From: Cyanophora paradoxa CCMP329
Lineage: Eukaryota; Plantae; Glaucophyta
Direction: 5' to 3'
Length of the DNA: 64,000 nucleotides
NCBI GenBank assembly: GCA_004431415.1
Contig: QPMI01000058.1
Coordinates: forward strand, 124,001 to 188,000
The translations under genes and the position numbers were made by a program. Positions within the stretch are counted from its first letter, which is position 1; every line of letters begins with the position of its first letter. Positions 20,991 through 32,300 of this stretch are shown here, in pieces. Under the pieces are notes generated by a model, which was not told where the DNA came from, ran no database searches, and was given only the letters and a program-made list of their open reading frames with translations.

Positions 20991-23900
20991 ATGGACAGGC
21001 GCGTGCATCGTATACGTACGCGTGCATTGTATGGTGCTCCCGTGATGCTGCCGCAGCGGCGGTACCGCGACCGGTACCGCGGCCGGCGCCGTGATCATGA
21101 TTCCGAGGATTTAGAGATCTCACCGACGCAAACCGGCCGCGGGGCGCGGCCGACAGTCGACCGCCCCGCTGCATCGGTATCTGAGAAACGCGGCGTCATC
21201 ACAACGGCCATGGCCAGGCCGGCGTCAACTGATGACGTTTCCGATGATCATGCATATGATCAAGTGCGCTAGCTCGCTGTATCGCTGATTCGTTAATTTA
21301 TCGACGAATTCGAGCTCGAGTATCGATATAACGTTATCGGATGTGCGCAGGCTGCAGGTCCCCCTGTAGCTATGGCTAGGCCTGCCGGGCTGCAGCCAAA
21401 TTCAAACCTACGCATCCAGGAGGAAACTCGCCCAGGCCTAGGCGTTGATCATGACGGTCCAGGAAGGCTCGAGCTTCAAGACGCGTACGTGCAAGGTGCG
21501 AATAGTACTGTAGCTATAGCTGCCGACTTGACTCACTCGCGGTCCCTCAGGCTCAGGGCCGCAAGATGCAAGGCCGAGGGCGAAGCCTTTGGAGAGCTAC
21601 GCGTCCCTTCGCGATGCTAAGGAGGAAACCTACGCTTCCCTTCGAGAGAAGCTGGAGAAGGCGTTCGTGTACCGCAAGCTCAACCTCAAGCGCGCTCAGC
21701 AGTACATTCGCGCCCACCGCCGCTCCTATGTGCGCCTTCTATTATTAGCTACTAGCTATGGGCTACTAGGATATATATAGCGATTGCGCAGCCAGTCGCG
21801 TTGGGGGTCGTTGGGGGTTTTGATGGTAACACAACGCTGGGCGGACCCCATAGCCGCACTCACTCACTAGTGTGCATAGGAAGGGTAATCGCTCCAGTAC
21901 CGTATTGAGGCCCGGCCCGAGATCTAGAGCGGGGGCAAATTAATATTGTTTTTCCTCCCCCCGCGCCTTCCCCTTCCCTGCCCTCTTAAAAACCGCCTCA
22001 ACCCCCCCCCCCCCCCCCCCCCCGCCCCCAAGCTCCCCTTCCATTCCCTTTCCCTGATATTTGCGCGACTGCAGCTCATTCGAGAATTTGTGGTATTCAT
22101 CTTTTTTACGGCGCTCTATTTTTCGATTCTCTCCTACGTCTTCCCAAGCTCCCGCGCGTACGAGGTCCGCAGCCGTATACGGCCCCATCTTTTCAATTGA
22201 TACAATCGCCGCGCGCAGTTCGTGAATTCGATCGCCGAAGGGAGTCCCATACTCAATATTGTAAGCCGTTCATACGTAATTAGAGGCTACGAGTGTTGGG
22301 CAGCTAAATTTCGAGCTCTTCGATTCAGGTGGGAGGTGATTCAGCTTTCTTCTCAGTGAGCAAGCGGGATGATATCTTCCCGTGGATCAAGTCGTGCGCA
22401 CAAAATTATATATAGAGTAATTCAATTTGGACAAGTGGCGAATGACGCCGACCTGCACATGCAGAACTTTGATTCCTCTTTTGATGGAAAGCTCAAGCCT
22501 TCATGAATTCGCGCTCCCCATGCCAGTTGTGATCCTGAGACAGGCAAGCCGCAAGCCACCAAAATTAAACGGCAATATTTATGCATTCGCGCGCGTCCGT
22601 GCACTAAAACTCAAACGCATGCGTACTCGTGCAGTCTCGAACGGCTCGCACAGCCTGTCCTGTGCCCACATCAATTTCGACTTCCTTCTTCGATCTTTCG
22701 GTCTTTTAATATTAATGTGCTTTCTTGGCGATTTGAAAGCAATCTAATGAACGGTGCGCGACAATAGGGTCCAACGAAATGCGTCGTCGACTACAGAGAA
22801 GATAAAGAAGATAAATCGGACTTCGGAGGTATTGATGGAACAAGGTTCAAGTGGTCAGTGCACAGAATTAGTATACATAATTCGGACCCTTCAGGGCCTT
22901 CAACTTTCCGGAGGCCTAGGGGGCCCCGCCGGGGTTTTTTGGGTACACAGGCACTCCTCTATCTACGCGGCCGAGGAGTGCCACGCGTTAGGGGGTCTCT
23001 ACAGGCTCCTCCCTCTGGCTGCGCCATCGCAGTGCATTCGGCCACGTTGCCACTTTAGCGGGGTCGACGGAACACGGGGGCTCGCCTTGGCGGGCCCTAT
23101 ATATATATGGCTCGAAATCCCGCCGAGGGGATTCGAGTTCGAACCGGGCTGTCCGCACATCCGCGCCGTGATTTCAACCGCTTCAGGGCCTTCAACTGTA
23201 CTTATAATCTTTCGCAGGAGAAATGGGATGCCTTATGTCGTGCCTGGAAACTTCTGGAGCGTCTTCGCTTCGTCTTCAGTCGACCAGTACTCGACTGGTG
23301 GGTGTCTAGAATAGCTATAGCCGGCGCGTTTAGCAAGAGTATGTCATTATAATTACCTCATATTAGAGTCTGTCATTAATATTATAATTACCTTCGCGAT
23401 CGTAACGGCGGGTTTGCCTGCGCGAGTTGCAGGTGGCTACAGGCACGGTAAAAGCGTTCTTTGTAATTATTATACTTAATTTTTTATTCTCGCGCGCGGT
23501 GCCCACAACCGCACAGATATCAGAATCGATAAAGGAATCGAGTACGCATGGAAGCAGTTAGACGAGCTGATTTCGGACGGCTGGTTGTCACCCTCTACTC
23601 GAGCTCATATAATCTACTTCGCACTGTACACACCCAGCACCCAGGTCTTCACATGCGCAGAGCTGCTTGTAGGTGAGAAACTAACCCCCCCCCGGATCCC
23701 AATCGCAAATTACAAACTGCAAATTAAATTAAAACGCTTCTGCAGAGGTACCATCAACTGGTCTTCTCCTCACATTCAACCGAATTCGCCCATTATCGCT
23801 CTTCCTTGGAACCGATGTGATGCTCAATATCGGAATCCTGGTGTACGCAATCTTTGTTGTGGGCTATACGGTTTTGGAGTGGAATGAGCTGGCGAAACGC

Positions 23901-26900
23901 CATTGGTTTTACGTGAGCGCGCCCCGGCTCGCGATCGCGCATTATATATGCGGAGCTTTAATTTATTCGCGCAGTTCTATGACATCTGGAACATTGCGGA
24001 AATAAGTGTCATCCTGTGTCACATGGTCATTATCATATATTTTTGCCAGTACTGGGTGCTGTGCGCAGCTGTCGCGAAAAAGGCATGTTCGCCTGCATTT
24101 GGATTTCAATATTTAATTAGAATGCACTAGAAATTATATACGATCGCGGCATTAAGAGGACTTGAACGCAGCTGCAAGAGAGCTCGGAAGATCCAGAAAG
24201 AGGCGATGTAATCCTACTTCTGCAGGAAGCCAAACATGTGCGCATGCGGAGCAAAAATTTCGTTTTTGAGCTAGCGCGATCCTGTTCAATCCTGCTCCGG
24301 TAGCGAATTCGAATCCGCGGCCGGATCCGTCGCTCAGGTTGCAGCGAAAATAGGCGATGTTGCTGCTTGTACTGTCGCAGTCTACGGCTTCCGAATGTTC
24401 AAGGTGGGCGCTATTTAAGCGGCTCGCGATTGCATGATCGTGCACAATTGCAAGGGCGGACCAGCGCCAAATTAAATACATCGTCTGCCACTGTCGCGCA
24501 GTACTTCCGCATCTACTGGCGATTCTACCTCGTGTGGGCCACGCTCTCGAAGGCCGTGTAAGCGGAAGCATGCGCATACGCACATACGACACCGCGGAAG
24601 CTTCGTTTGCTTCATTGACTATTGATTTCTGGGGCAGCTGGGATCTTGCAGCGTTCATTGCGGTCATTCTGTTCATCTTCACGACTTTTGCATTTGCTGG
24701 CTGGATGATTTTCGGTTTTGCGTCCGTCTCTCCTTTGAGTTTCGGCTTTAATTCATCCAGATAACAAACGAATATCCGGATCCGACACAGATTGTACGAG
24801 TACCATTCATTTAGCTCGAGCTTTGCTTCCATATTCCGATTCGCTCTTGGAGAGACGCAGTACGGTAATTATTATATATTATTTGTGCATTTCGGGATTA
24901 TATAAATAACAACTGATTCGAATTCACTATAATATATAATAAAAGACGAAGCAATCGCCGCCTCTCCCTATGCGGTGTGCAAAATATGATTTGTCGACGT
25001 CCTTTCTTCTGAGTAACACGCGAACCTAATCGAAGGGAGGAGTGTTCTTTTTTACATTCACAATCATCGTAACGCTCATCTTCGTTAATGTCTTTATCGC
25101 CATTGTGGTGCGATGTTCCTGCATTAAAATTCACATCACACTTTTTGAGTTTGAGTTTGAGTTCGCTTAATTACATTTGAAACATTTGCACTGGATTTAG
25201 AGCATTTCCTACGAAGAGGCGGTAGCCGATGCCAAGCAAGAAAACGACGCTGTTGAACGAGCTCAGACTCTTCACGGAACGATGGAGCCTTTGGTCAATC
25301 TATGGTGCTCTTGGAACCCTACCTAGCTAATCTACGCATACGATTGTTTTTTCAGCGTTCGACTGACTCGCGCGTGTTTGGACCGATCGAGACAGGTACT
25401 ATCGAGTCGCGCTGATAGAGCCTTCGCAAGCCTTCGGAAAATCGCGCTCGCAATCACGCTCGCAATCTCGTGCAGTGGCTACGGTGAAGCTGGTGCACAC
25501 AATTATCACACATAAAGAATAATCCGGCGTCCATTTCGCGCAGAATGCCTCCCAGAGCACCCCCTGGCGCGGGCGCTGGTCAGAGAAAGCTGAGCTCTCA
25601 AAGCCAAAGTCTGATCGTGGATTCGCAAACGCGCCGACCGAATTGAATGTCACGCGATGCTGCCTCCAAATTTATGTCTCTGAGGCTCATTATCAACTTT
25701 TCTTGCAGATTATTTTTGAGGAGCGGCCTACCGTAAGCTCCATTACCACCCGTGCGCGTGCGGCAGACGATGGGTGTCCGTGCACACACGCTTGGTGCGT
25801 GTTTAATTTGTTGCTTGCTTGATCATGATCGTGATCATGAGACTCGTTCAACCGCCGGCGCACGAAAATTATAATCTCGCGCGCGCGCGTGCAGGGGCAA
25901 AAAACACCACGTGAGATTCCTCTACGAGGTGCTCAGCGTCGGCTCTCGTGTGTACCTGCAAGACCGCTCCAGCGTCTTTGCGACACTTCATGTAAAGGAG
26001 GTTTGCGTTAAATTAAAGCGCTAGCAGCAGCTAAGTAGGGCTGACTGCCTTTTCGCAGCGCTCTTTTGGTCCTGAAGGCCGCGCAATTAAGTTCCGCTGC
26101 GAGTGGAAAGACCAGAGCCGCCTGGGCAAGGCAGGATCCGGAGAGCTGCAGATGAGGCTTCCCTGGACGCTACAGCTCTGGGTGTTTCTAAGGCACTACG
26201 TTCTTTTCTTCATCTCACGGCGCGAGAGACGGGAAGACTTCCCTGGCCTGCAGCCGCCTTCGGCTAACAGCTTCTGGAGACGCCTCGAGTATTGGCTCAA
26301 AAAGCTCTTCGAATTCCGCGATCGGGCGCTTTCCAATGATATTGATCAGGCATGCGAAGTATAATCTCATGTGCTTGTCCGCGTCGCGCTCATGATCACG
26401 ATTAGTTGGAAGATTTTATTAACCAGCTTGCGGCAAGGGCGGATGAGACAGATTCACAAGACCGCATTGAGAATGCAGATGAAGGCAAGAAAAAGGTATA
26501 TGTATAACGTATCTGAGTGTGCGATCCGCATTTCGTCGTATTATAGACATAGTTGCTGTGTGCAGGTCGCTGATCATGAACCGTTCAAGTTTCGACTGGA
26601 GTCGATGATGGACGACCTTCGCAAGCTGTCCGATTGCGAAGAGACCGACGGTGTCGGGGCCCTGTTCGCGCATATTTTGGCAGAGGGCCGCCAGCTAGAG
26701 AAGTGCGCGCCGCTCATGATCAGTAGACCTTCCCGTTTTAGTCATAATCGATATCATGACATGCGTATATTATATATATCTAGTATACGTATACGTGTGA
26801 TCATGACCTCATGATCACTCATGTGCATCATGGTATGATCTCATTCATGCGCATGACGTCGACAGGCTTCTGAAGAGGCTGCGACACGAACCCAGCGCTG

Positions 26901-28683
26901 GCGCTGACAAGAGCGAAAACGCGCAGATGTTCAAACAGGTGCAATACATACTCTCAACAATGGCTATAGCGAGGAAATCAAAATCCTCTTGGCCTCGTTA
27001 ATATTCGAATTCGGTCTTCAGAGCGTGTTTCTCTCGAAGGCAATCCAGGAAAAGCTCGACTTTCTCCATAAGCTGCAGCGGACGGATGTCGTGCGCGAGT
27101 CCCTCACATTCGACGAGGTGTGCTCCGCCGCCCTTGAGCGCACGTGCACGCGTCGCTGGCGATTGCAAGCTGAAGCTTTTCGCAGTTTTACTTGCGCGCA
27201 AGAGAAGCAGTTCTGGGCGCCAAGGCTGCGTCGAGCCCTCTGCATGTCCGCTTTTACCGACCGCAGCTGTAGCTTTAATTTGTAGATGCCGAGAATTTAA
27301 TCTGACTCCCGTTTCGAAGATCGCCCGCGAGGTTCGCAGCCAGCTTCTCTACTTCTCGTCGGAATGTTTTGACGTTCTACATGAGGTAATTCTATAGCTA
27401 AGCGTGTCCTTTAGATAACACATACTCGTGTTCGCGTAAATACCGGCAATTCACAGGACGACGAGATAGACGAGTACGTGCCATCCCCGATTGATGCCAA
27501 CCCGACGCGGCTGGGTCCCATCAATCCAACCGTCGCACACCCGTCTTTGCTCGAGGAATTCAACCTTGACTATGAGCTGTCCCTTAAGCTTGATCGGCAA
27601 TCGCAATCGACGGCTCACGGAAGGAGCGATACAACGGAGGTCGAGCGGGAGAATTTGCTCAGAGACATTGCTCGAATGTACGAGCCCGAGGTGTCAGAAT
27701 CAGAACACGATGATCAATTTCTTCCTGCCTTCGAAAAGCTGCTCCAACAAATTGCCGCATGCGGCTACATCCTTGCGCGCGGGTCCGGATTGTCGACCTT
27801 GGTCACAGCTGCAGGCACAGCGGAGCACAGCAAAGGGTACACGCGCACCTTCGGTCCCATCAGCCAACGCGCCTACTTCGTAACGGACCTGTCCGAGCTT
27901 GCCGGCAAGTGCTCTTTCAGGCTCTGCTAACCTAGCCTCTAAATCTGATACGAAGCCCATCGCAGATCTTCTAGCGCGTTCCGAGCACGAGGAGGCCTCT
28001 CGTCGGAAAATGGAAGCAGGGGAATCGCATTTCGCCGAAACTGTCTCTCCGGATTCGACCGACGAGCTGAAGCTGAAGGCGTTCTGCAGGTTCAAAATTT
28101 CCCACACATTCATCAAATGTCTATAGCTAGATATGTTGCAAGCAACAGCGATCTTGATTTCACGCAGATGCGACATCGACATCGTACGCGTGGGCCAGCC
28201 TTCCCACGCCAAGCCCTTCGTTCTTCTACGAAGCGACGAAAGCTTCGCGAAAGTCGAAAAGGTGAGCTCGAGCCACTGATCATGAGCTGCTTGCTGAGCC
28301 GCATTGGCATGGCATGGCGCGCTATCTATAGCTAATTAATAATTTTAAAAAGGAGTGGAAAAGGATGTATGCATGTATTCACCAAAAACAAATATGCATG
28401 TATTTTATTTTAATCCATCTAATCTCGGGGGTCTGCTGCAGCAGAAGGAGAAGTGGTTCAATATTCTCTGCCGTTTGAACAAGGCTCTGTGGGAGAAGGA
28501 TTACGGCTTCCAGCTTCGCATGGGCACCGTAGAAGACTACGCGTACTGCTAGCCGTGTCGGAACTGGCCGCACGCGTCCTCCCGTCCCTGTCGAACGCGC
28601 AGCTGCGCGACTCGGTCGGCTTCGCCGAGCTCGGCGTCCGCAAGCGCGTCCTCGCCGCCGCCGCCGCCCTCGGGAAGGCCTAG
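20991..28683 (+). CDS. Polycystin-2 (PKD2/TRPP)-like cation channel with a long cytosolic C-terminus ending in a SAM-like motif; many exons, start uncertain
   Basis: S1 LIREFVVFIFFTALYFSIL. VILRQ. LDELISDGWLSPSTRAHIIYFALYTPSTQVF (PKD2 WLDxxTRA...YN motif). FYDIWNIAE. S5 DLAAFIAVILFIFTTFAFAGWMIFG. Pore FSSSFASIFRFALGETQY. S6 FFFTFTIIVTLIFVNVFIAIV..SYEEA. Confidence 0.8.
22906..23180. mobile_element. ~275-bp intronic insertion with a 17-bp TSD (SINE-like)
   Basis: cttcagggccttcaact at 22889-22905 and 23181-23197. Internal B-box-like gagttcgaacc. Confidence 0.6.
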
Positions 28684-29309
28684 ACACCGTATATATACCT
28701 ACCGCCCCGCCTGCGCGCGCGTGCTCGCACTTTCTCTATAGCTAGATCTCGCAATTTTCGTCTAGATCTAAATCCCTGTTTGTGTCATTCCGGTACCGTA
28801 TACGTAGCTATAGTACTGTCCTTCAAGGCTTCTATCCGCAGTGTTTCATGATCAGTTGGAAAAAGTCAGTGCAATATTCGAGTTAATTTATTACAATTAA
28901 TTGACGGATCATATGAGCGAATTCGAACTAATACATGCACGTAATCTGCACCCGTGCTCCATTTATAATTGGTTCCTTGTATTTCGACGTCCGAAATGCC
29001 AGCGCGGCCATTGGATCTAGAGGCCTATCTATAGGGGGCCTAGGGGGCACGGGCCCGGCGGGGCGTTGAATACATTAAACTATTGCGAAGGGCCGACTTT
29101 GAGTGTTTTTAACGCTATAATTACATACGCGGGGCTATCCCGCGTGTAGCGCGCGCAGGGGTCGGGTGCACAGCTGGGCATGCGCAGCCACAGAACAGCA
29201 CAGCGGGGCGCGCGAACATGACTTCCAATTTTGCAAACCGCGAACGCATACGTGTATGTCTTAGACCTCGCGATCAAAGTGAACGACGATAGCTATAGGC
29301 AACTCTGCT

Positions 29310-32300
29310 TTATGGCCGCGGGGCCCCCGCCCCCTCCGCTTCCGCCTCCGCCTCGGCAAGGAACGGAAGGGCCCAGGGGACCGCCCCCTCGGTCGCCGCC
29401 GCCACCGCCGCCGCCGTTGCCCCGCAGAGCTCCACCGCCGCCGCCGCCGCCGCACGCTGCTGCGCGGCGACCGCCGCCTGCGGAAGCGGGGCGAGTCAGA
29501 GGCGGGGCGAGTCAGGGGCGGGGCAGGGCGGGGCGGGGCGGGAGGGGCGGACCTGGAGCCGGCGCGCCCCGGCGGCGTCCCCGAAGAACAGGAGGGCGTC
29601 CAGGGTGGCCCGCAGCGCCGCTGCGCCGGCCGGCGTCGGCAAGGGGAGGGGGGGGGAGAGTGGGGGGTACCCGATGTCTCGGGCGGGGGCGAGGCGAGGG
29701 CGCGCAGCTCCTCCTGCAGGCGCTCCTCCTCCTGCGGGCGGGCGGGGGTACGTCATCTCATCTCAAGGGAGAGCCTCGGAGAACGGGGGACGCCGCCACT
29801 TCTAGAACGGAAGCTCGCTAGCGCCTCCGCCACGTGCACGCCACGCCCCGCTCCTCCTAGCTGGGGGCCTAGTTTCCCCGCCTCCGTCCTACCTAGGAGA
29901 CCTAGTCCCCTAGAGGGAAATCAAAAAAGGGGGGGTACCTTCGCGAGGGACTCGGCCATCTTGCGGGCTCGGGCGACGGGGTCCTGGCTCCGCCGCCCCT
30001 TGGCCGCTGCGTGGCGGCCCGGTTCGAAGGGGCTGGTGGGTGGGTAGGCGGGACGGGCGGGACGGGGCGGGCGCACGGGCGGGGCCGCGCGTCGAGCTCC
30101 AGCTGAAGACGCTCCGGCTCGAGGCAGCAGACGCGAAGCTGCCCTGCTGCGACCGCCGCCCGTTAGGCTTCGGATCGAGGAAGAGGAGGCGGAGGAGGGG
30201 GCTCTGGTACCGAGCTCGAGCCGCTGACGGCGCTGCCGGCCTCGCTCGGCGCAAGCGTGCTCGCCTGCCCCGGCGCTCGGTTAAGGGGGAAGGGGGGAGA
30301 AGGCCCCGGGGGGGGGGGTACGCGCGCGCCTCGGAGACGACGCTGCGGGTCTCGAAGTCGTCGAGGGCGCCCCCCTCGCCGTCGGCCGCGGCGCCCGCCC
30401 CCGCGTTCGCCTCTGCGCGAGCGAAGGGCGCCTCAGAGGGCGGCGGCGTAGGAGGCGACAATAGATTCTCTCTCTTAAGTGTTCAAATTAATGAGACGAT
30501 TCAGAGTAAAATTGCGGAGGGCGGCGCACCGTAGAAAGCGGAGGCGGCTCGGCGGGCGTCCCGCGCGGCCGGCAGGCGCGCCGCGAGGAACGCGAGCCGC
30601 CGGCCCTTCTCCTCCGCCTGCCGGGGGGTAAAAGGAGGGCAGGAGGGGGGATGAATCGGCGGGGGGTACGTGCCTCCTGGAGGCGCTGGGTGACGGCCTC
30701 GGAGAGGCGGGGGCGGATCTCCGACGCCGCGAGGTCGCCCCGCCCCGCCCGCGCCGCCTGCCCCCGCGAGCCGCCCTAAGCAGCCGGGGAGGAGGCGAGG
30801 GGGGGTACGGCACCAGGTCGAGGGCGGCGTCCCACGCGTCGCACTCGGCGAGGGCGCGCACGGCCGCCTGGCGTACCCCTCAGGGTGGCTCTTTGGGGGG
30901 GGGGGAGAGAAGGAAAAAAGGGCGCCTCGGTATCCCCCGCGAGGTCGGCGAGGGCCATCGCCGCCTCCTCGTTCCGCCCCGCCGCCCTCAGCACCTGTAC
31001 CCCCCGGACCCGGCCCACCCGGCCCGGCGTCAAAAACGTGCGCTGTACCCCCTCAGCTGAGCCCTAAAACGGCGCACGGCGGCGAGGTCGCGCCCGAGGG
31101 CGGCGGTGCGCTCGGGCCCGGCGCCGAGGCGTGAGGCGAGCGCGCAGGCCGCCCGCCGCTCGCCGGCCGCCACCAGCGCCGCCAGCGCCGCCGCCTCCTC
31201 CCCGCACGCCAGGAGCGCTGCAGGGAGAGCGGGGCGGTCAGTCGAGAAGGAAGGAAGAGAAGAGGATTGGAGAGAAGAGAAGGGCGCGCCGCGGGCGGCG
31301 TCGGCGTGGCGGGCGGCGGCGGCGAGGGCCCGGCCGTGCTCCCGCAGGACCGTCCGCCAGCGCCCGTCGTCGTCCGGCGCCCCGGCCTCGGGCGGGGGGT
31401 ACAGCCGCGCCCCGAGCTCCGTCTGCCCGCTCTCCTGCGCGCACGCGCGCGAGACAGGTCGAATAAGATCCGGGAACGGTAACGGGACCCGCCGGGGCTC
31501 GAACCCGCATGTACTCGAGGGCCTCGCCGAAGCGCGCGGGGCCGGCGCGGGCGATGTTTGCGAGCGCCCGCGCGTGCCGCCCGAGGTGCCGGTCGATCGT
31601 GAAGCGCTGGTACGCCGGCTCCCGCGCCAGTTCCTGCGGGGGGGTACGCTCGTTTCAGGATTTGTCTTTTTTGGGGGGTACGACGCGGCCCGGCGCGCCT
31701 GCAGGGAGGCCAGGAAGGGCAGGTACTGCTTCGGGTCCCACTGCGAGGCCTGCCGGGGAGAAAAAAAGGGGGGATCGGCCGGGGGGGGGGGATGGAGCTG
31801 CGGGGGGTACGGGGCACCTGGGCGACCATGAGGGCGAGGTTGAGGTCGTAGAGGCCGAGCGCCGCCGCGTACAGCCGCTCCGAGTCGCACAGGAAGATCA
31901 GGTACCTGTACCCCCCTCGCTCAGGGGGGAAATTCTAAAGGGAGGAAGGTGGGAGGGGGGTAGGGTCGCACGCGAGGGCCTGCTCCGCAGTGGGCTTGCC
32001 GTCGCCGGGTCCCTGCGGGGGGGCGGCGTCGGAGCCGGAAGGGGGGGGGAAGGAGGGGTAGGGGGGTACGGGCGCACGTCGTCGGCGGGGGAGTCGGCGC
32101 CGAAGTCGTCCGCGGCGGCGGCGGCGGCCCGCGCGGCCGCCTCCCGCTCTGCGCGAACGAAGATTAGAAAGGGGGGGGGGGAAGAGGGGCGGGCGGGGGT
32201 ACGTGCCGCGGAGGGCAGCGACGCGGCGGAGGGCGCCCTCGACGTCGGGGGGCTCCCGCCGCACCAGCGCCGTCAGCGCCGAGAGCAGGAACCTGCCCCC

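Noticed and set aside
27715-27830. SLOG-like motif in the PKD2 tail (FEKLLQQIAACGYILARGSG)
   Set aside because: The resemblance is too short and weak to call without a profile search.
29405-29430. ELP1, YnfA, ZDS, GT7 and the PKD2-like gene as pseudogenes because of 1-bp frameshifts
   Set aside because: The shifts mostly fall in short homopolymers, and the ELP1 duplicate keeps the frame. Long-read consensus error is more likely, though this cannot be verified without reads.
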